The notes below the pieces were generated by a model. That model was not told where the DNA came from. It saw only the letters and a list, made by a program, of their open reading frames with translations, and did not search any database. A DNA stretch of 64,000 nt from Octopus vulgaris (taxonomy: Eukaryota), in contig OX597818.1 of the NCBI GenBank assembly GCA_951406725.2, positions 121,458,001-121,522,000 of the forward strand, read 5' to 3'. The translations under genes and the position numbers were made by a program. The stretch's first letter is position 1. The number at the start of each line of letters is the position of its first letter. Positions 27,318 to 40,665 of the stretch are shown here, piece by piece.

Positions 27318-27510
27318 GATTTGGTTATGTGATGGTCTTTATCGTAGATTGATTTGGTTACGTGACGGTCTTTATAGTGGATTGATTTGGTTATGTGACG
27401 GTCTTTATCGTAGATTGATTTGGTTATGTGACGGTCTTTATCGTAGATTGATTTGGTTATGTGACGGTCTTTATCGTAGATTTATTCGGTTATGTGACGG
27501 TCTTTATTCC
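27318..27510. repeat. 33-bp minisatellite, about 6 copies
   Basis: Unit gatttggttatgtgacggtctttatcgtagatt. Confidence 0.95.
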
Positions 27511-28259
27511 TGATTAATTTAGTCAAACTAACTGAAGTCATCTTTACAATAAAGTAACAGTTTATTTTTTTTTATTTTATAATGGTATGTTTAGGGTATG
27601 CTCAAGGGATTCATGGATAAAATTTTCGGAACCCGTTAACTGAGTTATTGAATTTGATTACTGAATACAGATTTTTACAATCAGGTCATTTTTTTAAAAA
27701 TTCATAAATGTTATTTATTTATTTTATTTATTTGAAGAATAGAGACATCATTCACAGTGCTTGAAGACCTTTCTAAATAACAATATATATTTCCAGGAAG
27801 AAAAGAAAGAATTTAATTCACTAAGAATTCCATTTGTTTTGTATGGAAAGTAGACGACGACCTGAAAATCTTTTAATGCAAAAAAAATATATAAATAAGT
27901 GTCTCAGAGAGAATCAGAAATCTCACTAACTTTTGATGATCATCGTCTCGAAAAATGTCCGTTTCTGCTGACATTTCAAACAAGCAGTACAAAGTGCACA
28001 TTTCACAGAAATAATTGTTTTGATGAAACACAGCAACACGTGAGGTCTTATTTACTTGTTTCAGTTTCCAAACTAATCTTCTTAACTACTTCGTCAAAAG
28101 GTGCATCGCAATTTTCTATATGAAGAGCAGGCTCATAGTCTGAGAGTCTGTCGTGGCTACTTCTAATCTTAATCGTCAGGGTTTATTTTCTCAGGAGTCC
28201 GATTCGTATTTAAGCTGAAAAAAGTGCGTTTATAAAGGTCTCGGACAATTTCCTCTCTT

Positions 28260-28348
<89 letters not shown>

Positions 28349-28457
28349 AATATATATGTATATATATAAATATATATGTATATATATAAATATATATGTA
28401 TATATATATATGTATATATATATACATATATATATACACATACATATATATGTATAC

Positions 28458-28525
<68 letters not shown>

Positions 28526-28639
28526 ATATTTCGGAATGGTCATTTTGCCTGTTTAGCCAATAAAAACGCACGCACTATATATTTGGTGTTATTTTGCTTC
28601 AGTGTTATTTATTTTTTACGTTAATCTTAATCTTATTTC

Positions 28640-28684
28640 GGCCAGAGTTCTTTCGTCACACTCCTGTGACCGCATCAGTGGTCC
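28640..28684 (-). ncRNA. Minimal hammerhead motif (A9->C) in the spacer of a fold-back
   Basis: rc: cca-CTGATGC-g-gtcaca ggag tgtgac-GAAA-gaac-TC-tgg. Confidence 0.6.
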
Positions 28685-28856
28685 TTTGTTTTCTTCTTTC
28701 TTATTTGTGTCTCTCTTTACTAATAAAATAACACCAAAATATATAGTGCGTGTGTTTTTATTGGCTAAACAGGCAAAATGACCATTCCGAAATATAACAA
28801 TATCTGTTTCAACACACGACTTCACATAAAAAATCTTGCACAACAAATATTTAAAC

Positions 28857-28914
<58 letters not shown>

Positions 28915-28921
28915 ATATATG

Positions 28922-28991
<70 letters not shown>

Positions 28992-29424
28992 TAACAGGAT
29001 GAGGTAAAATTCCAAGGCTGTAAAGATTTTAGAACATTTATCTCATTCTGTTAATTTTTTGATATATACACATACTGACAAATGACCTACGTTGCAACTT
29101 AGTGCTATACATAGCACTTACTCGGCATTACCTGACACCTTTGGGTCTTCTTGACACCATTACCTCTCATAACTTATATATATATATATCCACTTCAGAA
29201 ATGTAACAGTACGTGGATTATTGGCGACTTTTTCCTCTTCTTCCCTCATCTGTTTGGACTTCCCTATTTTTCCTGATTTCGAAGAGCTATGCTCGAAACA
29301 TAAAATCATTACTCTTTTTCTTCCCCGAGTGTCATATTAATACATTGCTTATGCTACGTCCTCTTTTTTCTTTTTTCTTTTTATTTTTTCTCCTTTTTTT
29401 TCAATTATATATATATATATAATT

Positions 29425-29755
29425 ACGTTCTGAGTTCAAATCCGCCTTTCGGGGTTGATTAAATAAGTACCAGTTACGCACTGGGGTCGATATAATCGAC
29501 TTAATCCGTTTCTCTATCCTTGTTTGTCCGTTTGTCCCTTCTGTGTTTAGCCCTTGTGGGTAGTAAAGAAATAGGTATTTTGTCTGCCGCTACGCCCTGA
29601 GTTCAAATTCCGCCGAGATCGACTTTACCTTTCATCCTTTCAGGGTCGAGTAAATAAGTACCAGTTTCGCACTGGGGTCGATGTAATCGACTAAGTCCCT
29701 CTGTCTGTCCTTATTTGTCCCCTCTATGTTTAGCCCCCTGTGGGCAATAAAGAAA
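29425..29755 (+). mobile_element. SINE family A dimer, 5'-truncated
   Basis: Core and tail1 each occur twice. Confidence 0.88.
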
Positions 29756-29773
29756 TGTATATACAATCATACA

Positions 29774-30009
29774 CAGGGTGTTCAAAAAGTCTTTCCGCAG
29801 TGAATTTTTTCATCCAAAATATATTTCAAAACATGTGTAGAAGAGGCAACTTATTGAAGAGAAAATGAAGGACGACACTTTCAACACTTCTTATAAAGGT
29901 TTTTTTTAAAAGTCTTGTAAAGTTTAATATATTCTTTTGTAGTCTTATACCATCTTATAAATATTTATTTTGCAATAAAATACTGCGGAGAGACTTCTTG
30001 AACACCCTG
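29774..30009. mobile_element. Tc1/mariner-type MITE
   Basis: TIRs cagggtgttcaaaaagtctttccgcagt / actgcggagagacttcttgaacaccctg; TA on the right flank. Confidence 0.85.
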
Positions 30010-30191
30010 TATATATACATATGCTAATAGCGACGGCAGGCACAGCTGCAGAAACTTATAAAAATTCAACCATTTCCATTGATATTATAATACCATGAAA
30101 TTTAAACCTCTGTGCGTTTCTATGTATGTGTGTAGATGTATATAAGCGTGACTATCTATCCATTTATATGTATGTGTGTGTTTGTGTGTGT

Positions 30192-30283
<92 letters not shown>

Positions 30284-30857
30284 TGTATAATACGGGTTGT
30301 CTTTGGGTGAAATTTTCCTCGTTATAGTAAAGATTACAGTCAGATATATGCTAATACTAAACAGTTAAGGTCGTTGACGTTTTGTTACTGTGTCGGAACG
30401 ATAATTAGTGTTGGTGGAATTTTTTTTTTAAAAGTTCGTAGTCAAGTCTACATATGATAATTATTTATACAAATCTATAATAAAGGCAATTGTGTACATA
30501 CACGCACACACGAGCATACGTATATGATGGCTAGGACTCGATTTTGTCAAAGAGCGGATAGAGTCAACGGCTCTTTAACAGCCTGGACCGAGAAACATAC
30601 GTACGTACGTACATATGTATGTATGTTTGAAATCAAGTTACAAAGCATCATACATACATACGTGCGTACGTACGTATGTACGTGCGTATGATGTATGTAT
30701 GTATGTATGTGTGTATGTATGTATGTATGTATGTATGTACGTATGTGTGTATGTATGTATGTATGTATGTATGTACATATGTGTGTATGTATGTATGTAT
30801 GTATGTATGTATGAAATCGGCTTACAGCCATCAATGTACGCACGAACATGAACAGCA

Positions 30858-31215
30858 GTGGAGGTGCAATGGCCCAGTGGCTAGGGCAGTGGACTCGCGG
30901 TCGAAAGATCGCTGTTTCGATTCCCAGACCGGGCGTTGTGTGTGTTTATTGAGCGAAAACACCTAAAGCTCCACGAAGCTCCGGCAGGGGTTGGTGGTGA
31001 CCTCTGTTGTAATCTTTCGCTCCAACTTTCTCTCACTCTTTCTTCCTGTTTCTTGTCTCCGACTTCCTGAGCCTGGATGCGTATTCATCCATCCGTCGAT
31101 GTTCTCGGTGTCGGGGGTTGACCTGCTTTCTCTTCTGCAGGTCTTTCGAATAGCAAAAGACCACGTTTCGGACTTCTCCCATCTTGCGAGCTCTGGGACG
31201 AAGACCGTTCACTCA
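30858..31215 (+). mobile_element. tRNA(Arg)-like SINE family C
   Basis: Head gtggaggtgcaatggcccagtggctagggcagtggactcgcggtc..ttcgattccc; (ACAGCA)n tail; head shared with 39110-39418. Confidence 0.85.
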
Positions 31216-31622
31216 ACAGCAACAGCAACAATAATAGCAAAGATGTAGCTTTTTAGTTCTGCTAGAGACCTGCACACTTTTTACACAGTTGTAGCAACAA
31301 TGGGTGCCTCTTGCAGTAAGTGTTCAGAAAGTGTACCACACACGTTGACACATGACTTCATTCTGTCATCGATTTTTTCATTTAGTGATTTACGTTTGTC
31401 GGCATCGGCCGACCATAGTATGCAGCGCATAATCGGAATTTTAAAAATCAAGCGATTCCAAAACTTTTAAAGGTGGAGAAAGGCCTTACACAGTGTCAGT
31501 GCCATTCTCTAAGCAACTTCTTTTGCGTCCAATGATAGAGGCTAATTCTTCCTTTTGGGCAAAAGCATAAGTTGTTTAGGGAATGGGAGAGGCCCTATAC
31601 AAGGCCTTTTCTCACTTTAAAG

Positions 31623-31946
31623 CAGTGGTTCCGAACCAGGGTCCATATAACACTTTTGGGTGTTCACACAATAAAAAAAGTAAATTGGGAATCCACAATA
31701 GCATTTTAAGGGCCTCCGAGAAAACGTTTCTTTAAATGTCTGTATTGCAAGAAACAGCTAAATTTCTTTCTTGAATATTTTACATAGTTCAGCTTATACA
31801 AATTAATGTGTGAAAAACAAGATAGGAATTTTCTAAGAAGCTTCTATAAAACTAGTTTCTAAACATAGAATGGCTATGGGAGTCCGCCAGAATAAAACAA
31901 TAATCATAGGGGTCCAAAGAATTTTAAAAATCGTTGAGAACACCTG
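31623..31946. mobile_element. hAT Charlie-like MITE
   Basis: cagtggttccgaacc ... gttgagaacacctg; 8-bp TSD ctttaaag/ctttaaaa. Confidence 0.8.
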
Positions 31947-32867
31947 CTTTAAAAGCTTGAGACACAGGCATCATTTGAGTGTGTGCGTGCGTGAGTGAAC
32001 GAGCAAGCGAACGAGCGAGCGAGCGAGCGAGAGTGAAGCCGCTTGGTACAGATTGACATTGAATTAATGTATTAGAGAAAAAATTCAAACCAATGCAGAA
32101 CGAGTATCTCAAGTCATTTAGAATAATTTAATTAGGATAAGGTGAATTTGAAGTTCTACAGCCGTTTCTGAGATAACATAAAGCGGCAGGTTAGTAAGTC
32201 CCCGCACTGGGCATTCCGTCATCAGAGACAAGGTATTTTAGAGAGGGAAAATGTTTAGTTTACAAGGAATAAAATTCACAGTTTATAAGGAATAAAATAG
32301 AATAAAGGAGTAAATAGAAGAATAAAGATTTAAGGTTTTTAGAAGAATATAGGCAGGAGAACAATGTTCGCAACTCATCTATTTCCAGAGGATATGGATG
32401 TTGATCTGTACTTCCATGAAGTTACAAGTCCTTAGTTAAAATCCTAGATAAATCCAGGAGGTATTCTGACAGTATTTTGAATAAGGTATTCATATTGTAA
32501 ATGTGTATATAGAGCGAGAAAATAAGATAGACATAAATGAATTTTGTGAGTGGGTGTATATAGAAGAGGTAGGAGAAAGAGAGATATAGATATAATTAAA
32601 AATGGGAGAAAGAGAATTTCGATTATCCCCACGTGGCTAGTTGTAATGCAAAATATAATAAACATGATAAATATGATAAAAGAAGGAAAATATAATAAAT
32701 ATAACAAATAAAAGGAATTATAATTAAAGAAGGAAAATGCACACAGTTTACATAGTTTTGATATATTTTAAATAAAAGAGTATTGTGGTTGTCCACCGGT
32801 TTCGCTTTCTCTAATCATGACATTGAAATTATTGTAATTTCTTATTTTCTAAAGGACATGGACTGAA

Positions 32868-32929
<62 letters not shown>

Positions 32930-32965
32930 GGACTGAACAATGACTGATATATGTATATATATATA

Positions 32966-33149
32966 TGGTGAGAATTAACAAAAATGCAAAAGACGAAATC
33001 GGGTGGGTAAACAACAAACAGATGTATTAGTTTCACGCTCGGGAAGTGAGAAAGTCTTTTACGTTTCGAGCCTACGCTCTTCGACAGAAAAGAACACGAA
33101 ATAAACAGGGAAAGAAAATAGAAAAGGGTTTAGTGGCTAGCGATCTATC

Positions 33150-33150
<1 letters not shown>
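32966..33150 (-). mobile_element. ~190-bp element with hammerhead-like motif (copy 2, best preserved)
   Basis: rc of 33056-33091: tttt-CTGTCGA-a-gagc gtag gctc-GAAA-cg-TA-aaag. Confidence 0.75.
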
Positions 33151-33222
<72 letters not shown>

Positions 33223-33289
33223 TACATACATATACACAAACATTGCAAAAGTAAAAAAAAAACACCCTTATAATCGTTGACCTTTATTT

Positions 33290-33760
33290 AAAGTAATCTG
33301 ATTTCTCTGGTCGGAAAATGTGTCAAGGGCTGAAATTCATCGGAGGCTTTTAGCACAATACGGGGACAGTGCACTGCCGCACAGATGCATGTGTGAGTGG
33401 ATCGAGAAATTTAAAAGTGGCGGGATAGTCGGGCGTGGCGCATGAAGAGGGTGGAGGACACTCGTCAACCTCCACTACTGAGGAGATGATTCAGCAAGCT
33501 CGATAGATAGTAATGGTGAACCGGTTCACCATTACCATCTCTTGGATCGCTGTTTTTTGTTCTCCTCTGGTACACATTACTAGTGGAGAGTGCATGCTTA
33601 TACTGTAAAGCCAGACAGAAAAATAGCGCGATCGAACTCAAACTTCGATCACGTAACCACAATAGTACCAACTATAAGCACGCATGCGCAGAAGGCAGTG
33701 TGACAACAATAACGGTATATTATGGCGAAAGTGTGGATACTTTTTGACTTCCACTCGTAT
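33290..33760 (+). pseudogene. mariner transposase N-terminal remnant with probable right TIR
   Basis: FLWSENVSRAEIHRRLLAQYGDSALPHRCMCEWIEKFKSG..STSTTEEMIQQA; ends tactttttgacttccactcgta. Confidence 0.75.
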
Positions 33761-33786
33761 ATATATATATATATATATCAGTCGCC

Positions 33787-33992
33787 ATGATAGATCTTTA
33801 GCCACTACACACATTTTTCTCTCTTTTTTTCTCTCCTTTTTTCTCTCCTTGTTTTTTTCTGTGTCCCTTTCTGTAGAAGAGCGTAGGCACGAAACGTAAA
33901 ATACTTTCTATTCCTGAGCGTTATACTAATACATCTGTTTGTTTTGTACACCACCAGTCTTCGTCTTTTGTTTTTTTTTGTAAACTCTCCCT
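33787..33992 (+). mobile_element. ~190-bp element with hammerhead-like motif (copy 3)
   Basis: ttt-CTGTAGA-a-gagc gtag gcac-GAAA-cg-TA-aaa at 33868-33901. Confidence 0.75.
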
Positions 33993-33994
33993 GT

Positions 33995-34351
<357 letters not shown>

Positions 34352-34508
34352 TCTACTTTTATGCATACGTTTGGTTTATGTCGAACGAATAAGAGATTAG
34401 TGCTCAACACATGTTGAAAAAATATATTTTTACATATTGAAACTGAAATTAGGAGTGCCTCATGACTGGTGTTTTAATAATTAGTACACGCACACACACA
34501 TTCGTGTG

Positions 34509-34539
<31 letters not shown>

Positions 34540-34699
34540 GCGTGTGTGTGTACAGTTGAAAAAATGTCAAACGAAAATAGACACAAGCTTTAAGCACAAC
34601 GTGATTTGTTCCATCAATGATATATTTACCGTTTATTTCCGGTGTCTTCTGTCATCTTGTGGGCAGATCCTGTATTTCATGCTCAAAACCTTTTCTGTT

Positions 34700-35006
34700 T
34701 TTACGAAAGATTGAAGGGTAACATCGACCTCGGCGAAATATGAACTCAGAACGTAGCGACGGACGAAATACCTTTTTCTTTACTACCCACAAGGAGCTAA
34801 ACACAGAGAGGACAAACAAGGACAGACAAACGGATGAAGTCGATTATATCGACTCCAGTGCGTTACTGGTACTTATTTAATCGACCCCGGAAGGATAAAA
34901 GGCAAAGTCGACCGCGGCGGAATTTGAACTCAGAACGTGGCGGCAGACGAAATATCGCTAAACATTTCGCCTGGCGTGCTAACAATTCTGCTAGCTCGCC
35001 GCCTTA
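34700..35006 (-). mobile_element. SINE family A dimer
   Basis: Full head at 34960-35006 (rc), tail1 and a second core. Confidence 0.88.
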
Positions 35007-35015
35007 ATAATAATT

Positions 35016-35300
35016 TGAATAATTCAGCTCTGGAAACATGGGTCTTTCGTTCAACATTCTTAAACAACACCTTATTCAGGGATCTTTGGAGCGGGATGGG
35101 CTACTCGACCTGAAGAAAATTCTAACTGGGCCCCATGTGCAAGGTCATTCGCTATTAATCTTGATATAAAATCACCGTGTCACGCACATTGTGATGCATG
35201 TGCCTGGTGTATCCTTATCATACGGGTATACTGGGCTTCGTATATTTTACCCGAGTGTCACTTTGATAGCATTCACTGCTCTTACACTCAATAATAATTA
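35016..35300. mobile_element. Unclassified interspersed repeat family E
   Basis: Colinear with 51270-51530 (ctctggaaacatgggt..ctcgacctgaagaaaattctaactgggcccc..tactgggcttcgtatattttaccc); (TAA)n end. Confidence 0.8.
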
Positions 35301-35617
35301 TCGTAATAACTATTGTTGCTATTGTTGATGATATTATTATTATTACTGTTATTGGTATTATTATTATTTCAAATTTTTGCCAGCTTGAGGAAAGTGGACA
35401 GCTTTAGGACAGCTTGAGGAAAGTGGGAATGATTCGATTACATCGAATCCAGTGTACAACTGGTACGCCGAAAAGATGAAAGACAAAGTCGACCTCTGCA
35501 GAATAATAATATAAATAATAATTTTTTCCACTGGTGACACAAAGCGAGCAAAATTTCTCTGGTGCTCCAGCATGGTCGGAGTCAAAGGACTGGAATAAAT
35601 AAAAGAATAAAAGAATA

Positions 35618-35666
<49 letters not shown>

Positions 35667-35682
35667 AATAGATAGATAGAAC

Positions 35683-35764
<82 letters not shown>

Positions 35765-36066
35765 CAGATAGATATGTTTCTTTATTAGCCACACAGGGCT
35801 GAACACGGATGGGACAAAATACAAAGTAGAGATTTTTTATTGGGGGGAAAAAAAAAAGAAAAAATAGGGCGTAGATTTTCGATCAAAAGGGAGCGAAAAA
35901 AGGAAAGAAGAAATGATCAATAGGGATCGTGTATCACAGAAATTTCATGATGTAAAGTGTAAAGGGGGAAACAGATAAGGTTTATCCGTTTATCCATCTT
36001 TTTTTGAAACAATCGCTAGACAAAAATTGCTTCTCTACTCTCACTTTCCTTTTCAAGTGATACTTG

Positions 36067-36143
<77 letters not shown>

Positions 36144-36443
36144 GGATAGATATAGATATGTTCCGGAAACCTCTCAAATAGCTAAGTCTGAATAGTACAA
36201 TTTCTAGTGATCGCTGCTGAATCACTTTCTCAAACGAATGCTGAATCATTAGTTTATTTGTTTAAATCCTGCTTCAACTAATTCATTTGTGAATCGATAT
36301 TACTATTTCCATCCATCATATTCTTTCTCATACACCCAATGGCAGTTTATAGGACACAACAGTAACAGGATATTTGGTGCTATAATAATGATGATATCTA
36401 TACCGGATTGGAATTGTAGATTACAAAACATTTCTGCACATCC

Positions 36444-36519
<76 letters not shown>

Positions 36520-36898
36520 TGTATGTATGTATGTATGTATGTATGTATGTATGTTCACATATATATTGTAATTAATAATATCAGGGTGATAAACATTATA
36601 GAAATTTTTACTAGCAGTGGCCTAGCGTATACAAAAATTAGTCAATAGACTATATATTATTCATATAAAATGTACACTGTATTTGATATATATATATATA
36701 TATATTTATAATAGGATTAGCTCGTATACGAGTAGGTATATATTTGTAAAAAATGAAGTTCGAAAATGCTGCTGTATTATACAATTTTTAATTTTTATAT
36801 ATACATTATAACAGGTTTCAGGAACTGAAACATGTTATAATGTATATATAAAAATTAAAAATTGTATAATACAGCAGCATTTTCGAACTTCATTTTTT

Positions 36899-36967
<69 letters not shown>

Positions 36968-36978
36968 TACATACATAC

Positions 36979-37073
<95 letters not shown>

Positions 37074-37076
<3 letters not shown>

Positions 37077-37285
37077 GGTGTCCCAGAAGTCGCGCACCAT
37101 TCTGGTTTTCATTTAAAATAATTGAAGCATTTTATTTTATTTTATATTTTTTCTGCGTGTTTTATTGTAGAGGGTGCTCAATTTAAGCATTTGCTACGAT
37201 TAATTTCAATAAAGAGTTTTTGAAAATCAATAAGGGTGTAGTCTTTTAAAAAACCGGGATGGTGCGCGACTTCTGGGACACCATG
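37074..37285. mobile_element. Tc1/mariner-type MITE in (TA)n
   Basis: TIRs cagggtgtcccagaagtcgcgcaccat / atggtgcgcgacttctgggacaccatg; TA on both flanks. Confidence 0.88.
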
Positions 37286-37357
<72 letters not shown>

Positions 37358-37476
37358 TACATACATACATACAATATATATCAGAGATATGCATATTGTG
37401 TGTTATAATTTACAAATTTAATTGGCTTTAAAAATTATTATCACATCAGATAACCGGTTCCGAGTATGTCCTGTGT

Positions 37477-37553
<77 letters not shown>

Positions 37554-37554
37554 C

Positions 37555-37592
<38 letters not shown>

Positions 37593-37771
37593 ATGAAATT
37601 AAAGCAAGTTCTGTAGCCACAAAATCTGAATTTCAGTTGTCTTAACCCGGAATCTTGTCAGCAGGGATGGACCGAAATACGAAACGTCGTGCATACTTGA
37701 TAACTGATAACAAATGACTTTGATTTTGCTAAGATGCTACGATGTCGTCGTGAGAAAAGAATATAAGAAAT

Positions 37772-37952
37772 AAGAGCACTCAGCGCAAACCTCTGCCAAA
37801 TTAACACTCGACGATTAGCCGCAGATATCTGAAATACACTCGACTGTTCTCACAAATGAGAATACTAAAAATGAACCCAACCGCTCTCGAAAATTAAGTT
37901 TAAAAAAACGGAAAAATAATCCAGAATCCTTGTCCGGTACTTGATCGATACC
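37772..37952 (-). mobile_element. Non-autonomous Helentron 3' half, copy 3
   Basis: rc matches 22985-23222. Confidence 0.75.
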
Positions 37953-37969
37953 AATGGTAGTCATGGAAT

Positions 37970-38193
37970 GTGAAGGTGGGAGTGCTGAAAAGTTTCTGGC
38001 TTTAAGGATGTCGCAAAAGGCCTGATTGGAAAACCAGCCTTCCGATTTATTTTACGGCGCTTAGAAAAATTGAAAGACTGATGCAATAAGAGTGTGAATC
38101 TGAGAAGGGAATATATTGAATAAAAATCATAATTGATTGATCCTCTTGCATTTTGTTTTACTCAAGCAAGGAAATTTTCAGTACCTCCTCGTA
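37970..38193 (+). mobile_element. mariner deletion derivative
   Basis: TIR-like gagtgctgaaaagtttctggctt / aagcaaggaaattttcagtacctcctcgta; internal LEKLKD*CNKSVNLRREYIE* resembles a mariner C-terminus. Confidence 0.7.
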
Positions 38194-39104
38194 CTCATGC
38201 TTCACAGTATTCGCAGACTCGAATGGCTTGGAGATTTGGATTCTTTGATATCTTCTCACTTGATATGTCAAGTCGGTATCAAAATTCACTTGATAAACCT
38301 TATATTAATGGAGTGATGATCCGTCCTCTCTGTCAGTAACCTTCTCTCTGAGATAGTTCTAATTCTTCAGCGCACTTTGTCTACGAGACAAAGAAAAATG
38401 TAAGGAATAATAAGGGTGTAATTCTGATATTCTGTCACAAATCAAGCAATTGTCCTACACACTCCAATCTAATTGTACTCCAGAGCTTTTCGTTTATTGA
38501 ATATCCATATTAACTGCATTGCTTCTTATTATTACACAAAAATCTATTATTTTATAGTAGCTGCAATACAAAAAATGTTGATAAGAATAACCTCATCGCA
38601 TCGTCGGTTGCGTGGATTAACAAGGGATTCGTTCGGATCTTAGGTGGAGAGGTCTGTCCGCAAAATATTTTCCATCTTCCACCCAATACCGGTACAACCA
38701 GCAATAAGCCTTCAACTTATTTTGTGAGGCGTGGGATGGGAGCCTCAAAGGATGCGGGGAACAACGGTTAGTGATTGAGGAATTGTCTCCTGGAAAGTGT
38801 AATAACGGTTGCTTTTGATAGAAGCTTGTGAGGAAGGTACATGAGGTCTCTATTCAAACGACCCTTCTAGGAATGGTGGGTGGATAAGATGAATGGATGG
38901 ACCTACAAGTTATGAAACAAAGATTCCGGCTCACAACACTGTAAAAGTACTGCAGTATCCTTAAACTTTTATTTCCGTTTTCTTTAGGGCTAATCCTCTC
39001 ATTTTCAGTACGATTCAATTTCGAAAGGGCTCCATGTATCTATGACATTCTTCCACAGACATAAACCCTTTTTTCTTTCACTTCTTACTGGATCTATTTT
39101 ATTT

Positions 39105-39418
39105 TTATTTATGCGCCCTTTTCAAGCCTAACCAGGCTCATGGGCCCGGTTTCGCGGTTTCTGTGGCGTATGTGTTCACCCCCAGCTGGACGGGACGCCA
39201 GTCCATCGCAGCTTTACTCAAGAAACAGGAGGAAAGAGTGAGATAATGTTGGGGCGAAAGAGTACAACAGGGGTCACTACCCACCGACCTACCGGAGCCT
39301 CGTGGAGCTTTAGGTGTTTTCGCTCAATAAACACACACAATACCCGGTCTGGGAATCGAAACTGCGATCCTCCGACCGCGAGTCCGCTGCCCTAACCACT
39401 GGGCCATTGCGCCTCCAC
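39105..39418 (-). mobile_element. SINE family C head and core with a different tail
   Basis: Head matches 30858-30990; tail matches 42375-42480. Confidence 0.85.
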
Positions 39419-39991
39419 TAATGAGAACGACTCTCTTCTGGGATTTCTCTCCTTAAATTCTTCCTGCAGCCGCCAATTTGGAACTGTTCAAGAGAAAGTG
39501 CGATATTTTTAGTCTCATAGGGTCTGTGAAGGCATAGAGCCCAAACTCTTGCTCGAAAAAGCTACGCCACCAATAAAAAAAAAACGGGAATTTTTTTTTT
39601 CTCTTTGTGACATGTGTCTAAGGCAATAAAATAAATCTTTAAACATTTCATTTCAAAAGATCTAATCCTTCGTTATTGAATTTATTATGTAGTCTTCAGA
39701 CTGCCGTAGTCATGCAATTGTAACTAATCCACTCATATAATTGGTTCTTTTTTATATTATATTTTTTTATGTTAATGTAATTAAATAATTAATGGTTCTC
39801 TTAATTTAATCCAACTAAATTGTTCGACAAATTGGTATGTATTAGCAACTTCCGATTTCAGTTTATTCTCAAAACATCTGGTGAATTATCTCCTTATTTT
39901 CCTTGCATTTGCTAATGTTAAATTCATGCAAACGCTATGATGTTACATACTAAGTTTAACTCTGATTCACCTTTGCACAAACCTTATGCAA

Positions 39992-40665
39992 AGGCGCAGG
40001 CGTGGCTGTGTGGTAACAAGTTTGCTTCCCAACCACATGGTTCCGAGTTCAGTCCCACTGCATAATAACTTGGGCAAATGTCTTCTGCTCAAACTTCGGG
40101 CCGATCAATGCCTTATGAGTAGATTTGGTAGACGGAAACTGAAAGAAGCCTGTCGTATATATATATATATATATATAGGTTAGTGCAAAAGTAGGTATAC
40201 AGTTATGAAAAAGAATACACGTACAATACTCATTTATTTTTATCAAAAAATTAAAAGTTACGATAAAAGAATTATTATAGTTATGATAAATGTATTATGA
40301 TTAATAGCACTAAAAATATCAAAATGAGGCTAACTAATTTAATGTGCTAATAATTTTAATTAATTAGTTATAAAATTAATGATTTTAATGAATTAAGAAT
40401 TTAGAAATTTATGTGATACTTACTGTATACCACACATACACACACACACACACACACACGCACACACACACACACACACTGAATATGTGTGTTCCTTTGT
40501 GTCTGTGTTTGTCCCCCACCACCGCTTGACAACTAGTGTTGGTTCGTTTACGTCCGCGTAACTTAGCAAAAGAGACCGACTTAAAGAAATAAATAAGTAC
40601 TGGGATCGACTCATTCGACTATAATTTCAGCATGGCGGCAGTCTGATGACTGAAACGGATGAAAG
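39992..40665 (+). mobile_element. SINE family D with an AT-rich insert in its internal microsatellite
   Basis: Head ggcgcaggcgtggctgtgtggtaa..; 3' half resumes at about 40495. Confidence 0.85.

Noticed and set aside
27318-27510. CRISPR-like array
   Set aside because: Tandem units with no unique spacers; eukaryotic context and no cas genes
30858-30935. tRNA-like sequences here and at 16900-16980, 39340-39418 and 43645-43715
   Set aside because: SINE heads continuing into SINE bodies; no intact cloverleaf or terminator
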